Shown: positions 10,509-19,214 of the stretch, one piece after another
Numbering within the stretch: the stretch's first letter is position 1
Layout: every line of letters starts with the position of its first letter
Source: Planctomycetota bacterium
GTDB lineage: Bacteria > Planctomycetota > UBA1135 > GCA-002686595
Reading direction: 5' to 3'
DNA length: 64,000 bases
Assembly: GCA_016712565.1 (NCBI GenBank)
Contig: JADJQU010000033.1
Location: 5,288-69,287, forward strand
Position numbers and translations under genes: made by a program
Notes under the pieces: generated by a model
Seen by the model: only the letters and a program-made list of their open reading frames with translations
Database searches by the model: none
What the model was told of the DNA's origin: nothing

Positions 10509-11182
10509 GGGATGACTTCTCGCAGGGCGCCGATCCGCGGGTGGGGCAGATCCCGGTGGCGGTCGTGGGGGTCGAACAACAGGGTGCGGATCCCGCAGGC
10601 GCTCGCCCCCAGCACATCCTGCACGGGCTCGTTGCCCACGTGCAACGCCTGGGCCGCGGGGACGTTCAACCGCGCCAGGGCGCGCCTGAAAATCTCGGGA
10701 TCGGGCTTCTCGACCCCTTCCAGGGCGGAAATCAGGCGGGTGGAGAAGTGCCGGGAGACCCCCAGGCCGTCCAGGACCCCCTCCATGGCGGGACTCCAGT
10801 TGGAGACCAGGGCCATGGGGAGGCCCCGCGCGGAGGCCTGCTCCAGGAGCAGGGCGGCGCCGGGGAGCAGGCGGAACGAACGCGGGTCGGCGAAGGCGGC
10901 GAACAGCTCCCGCCGCAGGGCGGGGACCTCGCCCGCGGGGAGGCCCAGCTGGCCCGCGAAGATGTGGTCGATGAAACGCTCGAACCAGGGCAGGGAGTAG
11001 CGAAAGTGCCCGTCCAGGACCTGGGGCAGGGCGGCGTGGGCCCTGCCCATGCACTCCTTCATGCGGGCGGGGGACACCTCGAGGCCCCGGGCCCGGGCGT
11101 GGTCGGCGTAGATCACCTCCCGCGCGGGTTCCTCCGTGAGCAACGTCCCGCCAGCGTCCAGCAACAGGGCCCGGATCGGCAT
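10487..11182 (-). CDS. HAD-superfamily hydrolase
   Basis: HAD motif I LLLDAGGTL, motif II LVSNW, motif III/IV KPDPEIF...HVGNE. The 3' end overlaps the moxR start by 22 nt. Confidence 0.8.
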   Translation of the reverse strand: MPIRALLLDAGGTLLTEEPAREVIYADHARARGLEVSPARMKECMGRAHAALPQVLDGHFRYSLPWFERFIDHIFAGQLGLPAGEVPALRRELFAAFADPRSFRLLPGAALLLEQASARGLPMALVSNWSPAMEGVLDGLGVSRHFSTRLISALEGVEKPDPEIFRRALARLNVPAAQALHVGNEPVQDVLGASACGIRTLLFDPHDRHRDLPHPRIGALREVIPWIESQP

Positions 11183-11469
11183 CGACACAGGGTACCGGTC
11201 AGGGGCCCGGGGAACGTGCCTCCCTGGCTCTGCAGCTCCCCTCCATGGCCAGAAGTCCATCCGCCCTGGCGGACATGCCGGCCGGCCACCGAATCGGCCC
11301 TGGCGCGGTCATCAGGGACGTTCCGAGGGGGGGAGGCGGGAGGGACTCGCGGCGGTGGGCGGCAGTCTCCATGGGGTCAGGAGGCCGGGCCCGAGCGTAG
11401 AATCGGCGGCTGGCCGCGCCCCGGAGACTCCCAGGAATCCCTCCCCGCACCGAGCGTCGATCCAGAGCC

Positions 11470-12600
11470 GTGCGTTCAGAGGTCGAATCCCGAACTTCCC
11501 CGCGCAGGGGCCGAACTGGCCCGGTCGGCCCGGGCCGCCGGCTCGCGGGGGCCGTGTTCCTCGGCCTGGTGCTCCTGGGGGGCCTCCCCCTGGGCGGGTG
11601 CGCGACGCCCTGGGGGAAGCGCGAGCCCAACGACTCCGAGGCGGAATTGGCCGCCGCCCGTTCGGCCTCCCGGCAGGGCGAGTGGCGCGAGGCGGCCGGC
11701 CGGTGGGCCGAGATTCTGCACCGCGGCGACGAGCGCTCGCGGGAGGCCTGCATGGGGCTGTCCCGCGCCACGCTGGAACTGGGGGATGCCGCGGGCGCCC
11801 AGCGCTTCGCCGACCTCGGCCTGCGGACGTTTTCACGGGACGCGGACCTGCTCGTGTGCCGGGCCGAGGCGCTCGTCGCCCAGGGCTTCCTGCACTCGGC
11901 GGAAACGGCCTTCGAGGCTGCCCTGGCCGCCGCCCCCGAGCGCCCTGCGATCGCCTTGGATCTGGCGCGGCTCTCCAATGACCTGGGACGATCCGAGGCC
12001 GCGTTGGCGGTCCTGGAGCCGCGCATCGGCACCGACGGGACCGGGCCGGGCCCCCTGGCCAAGGATCCCCGGGCCGCCCGCATCGTCGCGGACGCGCAGC
12101 GCAGGCTGGGCCGGATCCGCGACGCCTTCGACAGCTACGCCCGCGCGTTCGAACTGGCGGCTCCCAGCTCGGGGGACCTGGTCCACGCCGCTTCCATGGC
12201 CGAGGCGGAGCACGTGCGGGCCGAGTTGCCGCGCGCGGCCTTCCTGGCCGGCGGGTGGCTGCAGCGGGCCGCGGCCCTGGACCCCCAGTGCACACGCGCC
12301 CACTACCTCCTGGGGGTGCTCGCCCAGGGCGCCGAGCCCGCGGTCGCGGCCGCGCACCTGCGCCGCGCCGTCGAGACCGATCCGGCGGACCTCGATGCGC
12401 TGACCGCCCTGGCGAAGCTGCAGGCGCGGCGCGGGGAGATCCAGGACTCGATCGCCATGGCCGAGCGCGCCCTGGCGCTGGAGACGGACCCGGCAAAACG
12501 GACCGAACTGGAGCGGCTCGCGAAACCCGAGCCTGTTCCGGAAGCGCCGCCGGTCGAGTCGTCGCCGCCGTCCGGCGGAGCGCCGGTTCGCGACCCCTGA
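11470..12600 (+). CDS. TPR-repeat lipoprotein
   Basis: Signal peptide with LGGC lipobox, then Ala/Leu-rich TPR-like helical repeats. The start (GTG 11470) is uncertain. Confidence 0.7.
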   Translation: MRSEVESRTSPRRGRTGPVGPGRRLAGAVFLGLVLLGGLPLGGCATPWGKREPNDSEAELAAARSASRQGEWREAAGRWAEILHRGDERSREACMGLSRATLELGDAAGAQRFADLGLRTFSRDADLLVCRAEALVAQGFLHSAETAFEAALAAAPERPAIALDLARLSNDLGRSEAALAVLEPRIGTDGTGPGPLAKDPRAARIVADAQRRLGRIRDAFDSYARAFELAAPSSGDLVHAASMAEAEHVRAELPRAAFLAGGWLQRAAALDPQCTRAHYLLGVLAQGAEPAVAAAHLRRAVETDPADLDALTALAKLQARRGEIQDSIAMAERALALETDPAKRTELERLAKPEPVPEAPPVESSPPSGGAPVRDP

Positions 12601-12604
12601 ACCG

Positions 12605-12841
12605 TCAGGTCACCAGCTTGGCGACCAGTTCGTCGAGCTTCTCGGTCAGCTCGCGGGCGAATTCCTCGCCGAAGTCCATCTCCAGGACGTCGATTTCCGG
12701 AAACGTGTAGCGCCCGGTGCTGCGGCTGAAGGGGATCCCGTACTCCCACTTGTTCCCGTCCGAGGCGTGGATGATCACCTCGACCTGATCGTCGCCGTCC
12801 ACGGGAGCGACCGAGTACTTGACGACTTCGTAGTTGGCCAT
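12605..12841 (-). CDS. small acidic hypothetical protein (78 aa), paralog of 43575-43805
   Basis: ATG at 12841, stop at 12605. About 35% identical over the C-terminal 49 aa to the 43575 product (GRY-F-E-D-LE-DFG-E motif). Confidence 0.6.
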   Translation of the reverse strand: MANYEVVKYSVAPVDGDDQVEVIIHASDGNKWEYGIPFSRSTGRYTFPEIDVLEMDFGEEFARELTEKLDELVAKLVT

Positions 12842-12910
12842 CGCGGCGCCGATTCTAGCGGACCCCGGCCGAGAGCGGTAACCGTTGTCGCTGAAGTACC
12901 ATTCTGCCCC

Positions 12911-13417
12911 ATGAAACTCCTCACCCCGTCCGAGCGCGAGGGCTATCTCCTGCGCTACGAGGCCGGGCCGGCGCTGCTGCGCGCGGCCTGGAATTCCGTT
13001 CCGCGCGAGGCGCGGCAGTGGCGACCCGCGCCCGGCAAGTGGACGGCCCACGAGGTGCTGGTGCACTGCGCCGACAGCGAGGCCTACGGGCACACGCGCA
13101 TCCGGCTGATGCTCGCCGATCCCAAGCCGGTGATCATCGGCTACGACGAGAACGCCTGGGCCAAGGTCTTCGACTACCACGGCCACGATCCGGAACTCGC
13201 GCTGCGCACCATCGACGCCGTGCGCGTCAATACGCTGGCCTGTCTGCGCAGGCTTTCGGATTCGGCTTTCGGCAAGCTGGGCACGCACACCCAGAGCGGC
13301 GCCTACACGGACGCGGACTGGTTTCGCATCTACGCCGAACACCTCGAAGTGCACGCGCGCCAGATCGAGCGCAACCTCGCGGCCTGGCGCGCCGCCGTGC
13401 CCCAGCCGCGCTCCTAG
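12911..13417 (+). CDS. DinB-family protein
   Basis: WTAHEVLVHCADSEAYGHTRIRL and YAEHLEVHARQI are DinB-type His/Asp/His four-helix-bundle motifs. Confidence 0.8.
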   Translation: MKLLTPSEREGYLLRYEAGPALLRAAWNSVPREARQWRPAPGKWTAHEVLVHCADSEAYGHTRIRLMLADPKPVIIGYDENAWAKVFDYHGHDPELALRTIDAVRVNTLACLRRLSDSAFGKLGTHTQSGAYTDADWFRIYAEHLEVHARQIERNLAAWRAAVPQPRS

Positions 13418-13595
13418 CCCGACCTATTCATGAGCCTTGAGCGAAACCCACGACAAAGCCTGGCCGGCAAGGCGCGACGACGTGTTCTCCCGCAGGCGAC
13501 CTGCAGGTCGCCCTGGACCGAACGCGCCGGCGCAACGCAGTCCGGACGGGCTTGGGCGGGGGTTGGAGCCGAAGCTCATGAATAGGTCGGGCTAG
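13414..13595. repeat. 182-bp palindromic element: 22-bp perfect terminal inverted repeats, 18-bp perfect central palindrome, imperfectly complementary arms
   Basis: CTAGCCCGACCTATTCATGAGC (13414-13435) is the exact reverse complement of 13574-13595. GGCGACCTGCAGGTCGCC (13495-13512) shares the same symmetry centre (~13504). The stop codons of both convergent flanking genes lie inside the terminal repeats. Confidence 0.85.
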
Positions 13596-14284
13596 CGCTG
13601 CCAGATCTCGAACGTGTGGTGCTTGTGCGTGTCGAAGGACTCGACACGCCTCCAGCCCGCGGCGGCCAGCTCTTCCGCCATCACCCCCGCGGGCAGCTTG
13701 TGCTCCGGAGGCGGCCCCACCGGCAGCGGACCCGGCTTGTACTCGAGGATCGCCAGGCGACCGCCGGGGCGCAGGACGGTCGCGAGGCGCGCGAAGTAGT
13801 CCACGCGGTTCTCGATGTGGTGGTAGGTGTCCGCGATGAAGATCACGTCGCAGGAGCCGGGCGGCAGGTGCGGCGTCGAGTGGGAAGCGAGCACCGGCAC
13901 CACGTTCAGCAGGTGCTTCGCCAGCAGGGCCGCGCGCACCTCGTCCAGCTGGCGCGGCTCCACATCGACGGCGTAGACCACGCCTTGGGGCACGGCCTGT
14001 GCGAAGCGCAGCGCGAACACGCCGGGACCACAGCCCACGTCCGCCACGACCGCATTCGGCGCCAGGGCGAGCTTGGCGAGCACGCTGGGCGGGTCGAGGT
14101 CGAGCACGCGCGCGTCGGCGGCAAGCCGCGCGATGTAGTTCTCCACGTCCGTGGGGCCGTGGCGGTCGCGATTCCCGGAGCCGATCTCCGCGTCGCCGTG
14201 CCGGTGCGCGGCGCCGCAACCGGCCGCGAGGAGCAGGCTCAGGAGCCCCAGGAATCCCCCCAGCAGCGTCCTACGGCGCAGCAT
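13592..14284 (-). CDS. class I SAM-dependent methyltransferase with N-terminal signal/lipobox-like peptide
   Basis: SAM motif I VADVGCGPGVFA. N-terminus is LLGGFLGLLSLLLAAGC. Confidence 0.8.
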   Translation of the reverse strand: MLRRRTLLGGFLGLLSLLLAAGCGAAHRHGDAEIGSGNRDRHGPTDVENYIARLAADARVLDLDPPSVLAKLALAPNAVVADVGCGPGVFALRFAQAVPQGVVYAVDVEPRQLDEVRAALLAKHLLNVVPVLASHSTPHLPPGSCDVIFIADTYHHIENRVDYFARLATVLRPGGRLAILEYKPGPLPVGPPPEHKLPAGVMAEELAAAGWRRVESFDTHKHHTFEIWQR

Positions 14285-15452
14285 GGGGCACCTCGTCCGG
14301 GCGCAGGAACAGGTAGTACATCTGACCCTCGGACATCACGTGCCCCGCCCGCTGCTCCGCGTCGGGGCCGACGCCCAAGTAGAGATCGGCGCGGCCCGCC
14401 GTGCGAATCGCTCCGCCGGTGTCCTGATCCAGCAGGAACTGCTTGAAGGTCTGGTCCGCGCCCTTGGTCTTGGTCTCGACGAACACCAGCCCTCCGCGCG
14501 GGAAGAGCGCCTTGTCGGTGGCGATCGTGCGCTCGCCCTGGACCTCGACATTGAGGCTGCCGCGCGGATTGCCGTCGATCTCCAGGAAGAACACGTAGGA
14601 GTCGTTGCGCGCCATGTACTCGGCGAGCTTCTCGGGGTTGTTCCGACCCCAGGTGCGGATGCCCTGGAGGCTCATGTCCTTCGACTTCAGCTCTTTGGCG
14701 CGGATCAGTTCCTTGCCCAGGGAGCTGTACTCGCGGCCGTTCTTGCCGGAGTAGCCGAACTTGAGCTCCTCGCCGCCCGGCGTCTTGATGAACGCCGAGC
14801 CGTTGACGTGGGCGATGAAGGCGTCGAGGGGATCCTTCAGGTAGACCAACTCGAGGCCCTTGCCCTCCAGCAGCGCCGAGGCCTCGATCTCGCGCCGCGT
14901 GGGATAGGGTCCGGCCACCGATCCGTCGGCCGCGCGGCGACCCAGGATCTCGCCGTCCTTGGCCTTGGCGAGGTCCGGCGGAAGGGCATAGAGCGGGTAG
15001 CGAAAGGTGTCGTCCGGGGTGCGGCTGCCGTCGAAAATCGGCGTGCAATAGCCCGTGAACAGCACGCCGCCGCCCTTGGCGTTCCAACCGGCGCTCTTGT
15101 AGACCTGGAACTCGTTGTTGACGCGCCGCGTGAAGTCGCCGGCGTCCCGGGCCTCGAACAGCAGCTCGCGGAAACGGATCACCGACGCCTGGGCGCGTTC
15201 GTGGGTGATCTGCTCCATGGGGAAGTGCTGCTTGGAGGACTCCTTCTTGAACCACTCGATCGAGCGGTCGAGCGCGAGGGCCAGCTCGTCGCGGTGCTTG
15301 AAGCCCTCGCCGAAGTCGGGCCGCTTCTCGTCGTGCTTGAGCGCGATGAGCGCCGGCGCGCCCGGCGGCAGGGGCCGGCCGTAGTCGGGCGTGGTGCAGG
15401 CGGCGGACCAGAGGGCGAGTGCCAGGGCGGCGGCGAGTGCGAAGGTGCGCAT
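14271..15452 (-). CDS. mltA: membrane-bound lytic murein transglycosylase A
   Basis: Lipoprotein signal (ALWSAAC). MltA-like YLKDPLDAFIAHVNGSAFI and the 3D domain FLLDQDTGGAIRTAGRADLYLG. Confidence 0.85.
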   Translation of the reverse strand: MRTFALAAALALALWSAACTTPDYGRPLPPGAPALIALKHDEKRPDFGEGFKHRDELALALDRSIEWFKKESSKQHFPMEQITHERAQASVIRFRELLFEARDAGDFTRRVNNEFQVYKSAGWNAKGGGVLFTGYCTPIFDGSRTPDDTFRYPLYALPPDLAKAKDGEILGRRAADGSVAGPYPTRREIEASALLEGKGLELVYLKDPLDAFIAHVNGSAFIKTPGGEELKFGYSGKNGREYSSLGKELIRAKELKSKDMSLQGIRTWGRNNPEKLAEYMARNDSYVFFLEIDGNPRGSLNVEVQGERTIATDKALFPRGGLVFVETKTKGADQTFKQFLLDQDTGGAIRTAGRADLYLGVGPDAEQRAGHVMSEGQMYYLFLRPDEVPHAAP

Positions 15453-15498
15453 CGGTGGCAGGGTGAGGGTCAGGGTGTCGGCGTGCGACGACCGCGAT

Positions 15499-16173
15499 TC
15501 AAGTCGCGGCCCGCTGGTGCTTCCTGTGCAACATCAGGTTGCGCGCGGGAGCGACCCAGCTCAAGACGAAGCCGAAAATCAGGGGAAGATCGAGGCGGTG
15601 CAGGGAGTAGAGCGTGTTCAGGCTGCCGCCGAGGATCGTCAGCCACCAGAATGCCGGAGGGAACTCGCTCTTTCCATGGCGTTCCGCGTGGCGCCACTGG
15701 ACCAGGAAGCGGCCGATCCAGCAGACCTGGCCCGCGAGCCCGAGCACCAGCCAAAGGGTGCCCGGCGCGGCCCGGCTCGGCTCGTCGAGGATCCACAGCG
15801 AGTACGAGCCCCCGGCGACGAGGAGCGCCACGCCGAGGAAGAAGAGCGGCGATGCGCGGCGGGTTTCGGGCCCGCGGGTGGAGATCCACAGATTGCGCAG
15901 GTAGATGCCGAGCGTCATCAGGAAGCCCGGCAGCATCACGAACTCCTCGCGCATCAGGCAGTAGGCGCTGCCGAAGACGGCGCCCGCCGCGGAGAAGTAC
16001 CAGAAGGCCTCCGGGGCCACGGGGCGCTTCGCGCGCTCGGATGCGATCCACTGGATCATGACGCGCACGAAGTAGAAGCCCTGGCCCGTCCACCCGACGG
16101 CCTGGACCCAGGCCGAGGTCGAGAGGCCCTCCGCGGAGCGCAGGGCGGCCAGCGGCAGGAGCTCAACGGCCAT
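15499..16173 (-). CDS. membrane protein with two lipid-A-biosynthesis N-terminal (LAB_N) domains
   Basis: Two copies of the LAB_N signature: GQGFYFVRVMIQWIASERAKR and GQVCWIGRFLVQWRHAERHGK. Multiple TM segments. Confidence 0.75.
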   Translation of the reverse strand: MAVELLPLAALRSAEGLSTSAWVQAVGWTGQGFYFVRVMIQWIASERAKRPVAPEAFWYFSAAGAVFGSAYCLMREEFVMLPGFLMTLGIYLRNLWISTRGPETRRASPLFFLGVALLVAGGSYSLWILDEPSRAAPGTLWLVLGLAGQVCWIGRFLVQWRHAERHGKSEFPPAFWWLTILGGSLNTLYSLHRLDLPLIFGFVLSWVAPARNLMLHRKHQRAAT

Positions 16174-16969
16174 CGCTCACCTCGCGGATCGGCAGCCGGA
16201 TCAGGCGCCCCCGCATCCAGCGCACGGCCAACAGGTCCCGGAAGGCCCGGAAGGCGCGATTCATGACGCCGTACTTCGAGACGCCGGCCGTGCGCGGGTG
16301 GTGGGAAACCGGGTGCTCGATCACGGAAAACCCGTGGTAGCGCAGCAGCGTGGGCAGGAAGCGGTGCATGCCCTCGAACAGGGGCACGGCTTGGATGGCC
16401 CGGGCGCGGAAGACCTTGAGGGAGCAGCCGGTGTCGCGGATCGAATCCTGGGAGATCCAATTGCGGATTCGATTGGCGATGCGCGAACTCACCCGGCGCA
16501 CGAGGTTGTCGTTGCGCTTCAGTCGAAAGCCGACGACCGCGTCGTGGCCGTCGAGCATGCGGATCATCGTCGGCAGGTCCACGGGGTCGTTCTGCAGGTC
16601 GGCATCCAGGGTGGCGATCAGGCGCCCCCGGGCCAGGTGGATCCCGGCCGCCGTGGCCGCGGTCTGACCGCAGTTGTGGGCGAAGAACACGCCGACCACG
16701 CGCCGGTCACGGGCGGAGAGGGCCTGGATGGCGGCGGGAGAGCCGTCCTTGGAACCGTCGTCCACCAGCAGCAGTTCCCAGTCGGAGCCGTCGGCGAAGA
16801 CCTCGAGCACGCGCTCGTACAGCCGCTCGAGGTTCTCGACCTCGTTGTAGACCGGCGCCACCAGGGTCAGGTCGCAGGGAGCGTCCCGTCGGGCGCGTTG
16901 CTTGGGTTCGAACTCGATCGGGAAGAGCACGGATCCTCTGGCCTGGAGGCGCGGCCATTCTCGCCGCAA
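16163..16969 (-). CDS. GT2 family polyprenol-phosphate glycosyltransferase (ArnC/DPM1-like)
   Basis: VAPVYNEVENL, LLVDDGSKDGS and DADLQNDP motifs. Overlaps the LAB_N gene by 11 nt. The exact start is uncertain. Confidence 0.85.
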   Translation of the reverse strand: MRREWPRLQARGSVLFPIEFEPKQRARRDAPCDLTLVAPVYNEVENLERLYERVLEVFADGSDWELLLVDDGSKDGSPAAIQALSARDRRVVGVFFAHNCGQTAATAAGIHLARGRLIATLDADLQNDPVDLPTMIRMLDGHDAVVGFRLKRNDNLVRRVSSRIANRIRNWISQDSIRDTGCSLKVFRARAIQAVPLFEGMHRFLPTLLRYHGFSVIEHPVSHHPRTAGVSKYGVMNRAFRAFRDLLAVRWMRGRLIRLPIREVSDGR

Positions 16970-17047
16970 CGGGGGAGCAAAGCCAGGAGCCCGGATCCAC
17001 TCCGCCGCAGGTCGCCGGCTCGGGCCCCTGGGCCCGAGGGAACCGGC

Positions 17048-18461
17048 TCAGAGGGGCAACGGCGTGTCGTCGACCTGAAGCAGATGGTGACCCCGGGGCA
17101 GGCGCATGCGGAAGCGCGCCCCGCCCTTGGGCGAGCGTCCCACCTCCACCACGCCCCCGTGGGCGTCCACGGCCGCGCGCACGATGGCCAGTCCCAGGCC
17201 GTAACCGATGCGGCGGCCCCGGGCCTGGGGGCCGCGGAAAAAGGCCTCGAAGATGCGCTCCTTGAGCTCCTCGGGAACCCCGGGGCCGCCGTCGTCGACG
17301 ACCACGTCGATTTCACCGTTCTCGCCCAACACTCTCACGTCCACCTGGCCGCCGGGCTCGCTCCACTCGATGGCGTTGGCGGTCAGGTTGCGCATGGCGC
17401 GCAGCAAACCCTCACGGTCGCCGTAGATTCGCGTGTTGCCCGAGGACTCCAGGTTGAGCTTCACCCCGCGGGCGGCGGCATAGCCCGATTCGCGGGCCAG
17501 GCGCAGCTTGGCCTCGTCGGCCAGCTCGAAGCTCTCCCGGGTGGTCTTCAGATCCCACCCGCTGGCGGGTTGGGAGCAGATGGTCACCAGGTTGTCCACG
17601 GCATCCGCCAGGTCCCGCAGGTCCTGCAGGTGGCTCTCCAGCACTCTGCGGTACTCAGCCGAATTGCGAGTCGAGATCAAGGCCACCTCGGTCTCGCCCA
17701 TCAGGTTCTGGATCGGCGAGCGCAGCTCGTGGGCCATGCTGGCCGTGAACACGCGGTTGCGCTCGGCCTCCTGCTGGGCCTTGGAGAGCATCTCCTGGAG
17801 GGCGTTGACGACTTCGTGGATCTCCTGGGGCGCGTTCTGGATGTCCACCCGGATCGAGCCGCCCTTGTGGGCCACGTGGCGCGCGCTCTCGGCCACCTGG
17901 CGCAGGGTCTTGGAGACCCCGTTCAACAGCATGCGGCCCATGAGCAGGTTGACGCCGGTGGCGCCGATGACCAGCAGGAACGGCCAGGACTCGGAAGTTG
18001 CGCAGCTGCCCCAGTTCCTTCGAGCCGTCCACCACGCAGGCGATCGTGTAGGGGCCGTCGACTTCTTGCACCAGGACCCGCAGGCCGCCGTCGAAGCTCT
18101 GAACCTGCGCGTCGACGGTGTTCAGGGGCGCCTGGACCTGGCCCAGCAGGGAGACGACTCCAAATTCCCCCCAGGGCTTGGGCTGGTCGGTGCGCCAAAC
18201 ACGCCAGGCGATCGGCGTGTCAGCGTGGCCGCGGCACAGCTCCAGGGCCGCGGCGGCAACCTCTTCCACCACTTCCTTCTTGATGGGGATCAGCGTGGCG
18301 AGCTCGTCGATCTCCTCCCGGAGCAGGTGCTCCAGGCTCTTTTCCTTGGAGTTGGAGATGTAGATGTAGCTGGTGAGCGTGGTGGTCAGGACCAGGAGAC
18401 TCGTCGTGATCGCGAACAGCTTGGTCAGTCTGGAAGCCAGCGACCACGACTTCTGGCTCAC
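17048..18461 (-). pseudogene. heavy-metal-type (CusS-like) sensor histidine kinase, one frameshift near 17988-17998
   Basis: The N-terminal frame (TM1, periplasmic domain ...KELGQLRNF) and the C-terminal frame (SESWPFLLVIGATGVNLLMGRML, H-box SMAHELRSP, G-box GYGLGLAIV) are offset by one nucleotide. Confidence 0.8.
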
Positions 18462-19147
18462 ACCGCCGCCTCTTCGTTGCCCAGTCGATAGCCCTCACCG
18501 CGGACCGTGTGGATCAGGGCCGTGCCCTGGCGGTCCAGCTTGCGCCGCAGCCGCCCGATATGGACGTCGACCACGTTGGTGCCCGGGTCGAACTCGATGC
18601 CCCACACGTTGCGCAGCAATTCGCTGCGGGACAGCACTTCGCCGCCCGCGCGGACCAGGGTGAGCAGCAGGTCGAATTCCCGGGGCGAGAGGTCCAGCGC
18701 CTTGCCTCCGCGGGTCACCTGGCGGCGCACCAGGTCGAGCCGCAGGTCGTAGGCTTCGATGGGGGGCAGGGCCTTGCGGCGGCGCACGGCCACCTCGATG
18801 CGGGCCAGGAGCTCGCTGAAGGCGAAGGGCTTGATGACGTAGTCGTCCGCACCGAGCTTCAGGCCCTTGATCCGCTCCTCCACCGTGTCGCGGGCGGTGA
18901 CGAAGATCACCGGCGTCTCGCGGCCTTCCTTGCGCAGTTCCAGGAGCAGGTCCCAGCCGGTCTTCACCGGCATCATGACGTCCAGGAGGATCAGGTCGAA
19001 CCCCTGCTTGTCGGTGCGCAGCACCTCCAGGGCAGCCGACGGGTCGCCGGCGGTCACGGAGTCGATGCCGGACTCAGCCAGGCCGGTGGAGATGTAGCTG
19101 CGGAACTTGGGATCGTCGTCGACAACCAGGATTCGCATGCCGGTCAC
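18458..19147 (-). CDS. OmpR-family response regulator (CusR/CopR-like)
   Basis: Receiver domain ILVVDDD...DLILLDVMMP, plus a winged-helix output domain (LSPREFDLLLTL, VDVHIGRLRRKL, TVRGEGYRL). Stop overlaps the kinase start (ATGA). Confidence 0.9.
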   Translation of the reverse strand: MTGMRILVVDDDPKFRSYISTGLAESGIDSVTAGDPSAALEVLRTDKQGFDLILLDVMMPVKTGWDLLLELRKEGRETPVIFVTARDTVEERIKGLKLGADDYVIKPFAFSELLARIEVAVRRRKALPPIEAYDLRLDLVRRQVTRGGKALDLSPREFDLLLTLVRAGGEVLSRSELLRNVWGIEFDPGTNVVDVHIGRLRRKLDRQGTALIHTVRGEGYRLGNEEAAV

Positions 19148-19214
19148 CGCCTTTCTGGTTCGGGATGCCCGCGCTCAGGATGGGCGGGCCGCTCATTCTA
19201 GCCCGCGGAAGCCC

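Noticed and set aside
16904-16915. GGGTTCGAACTC, a T-loop-like string suggesting a tRNA
   Set aside because: It lies inside the GT2 coding frame, with no acceptor or anticodon arm structure around it. No intergenic region has tRNA-like length or structure.
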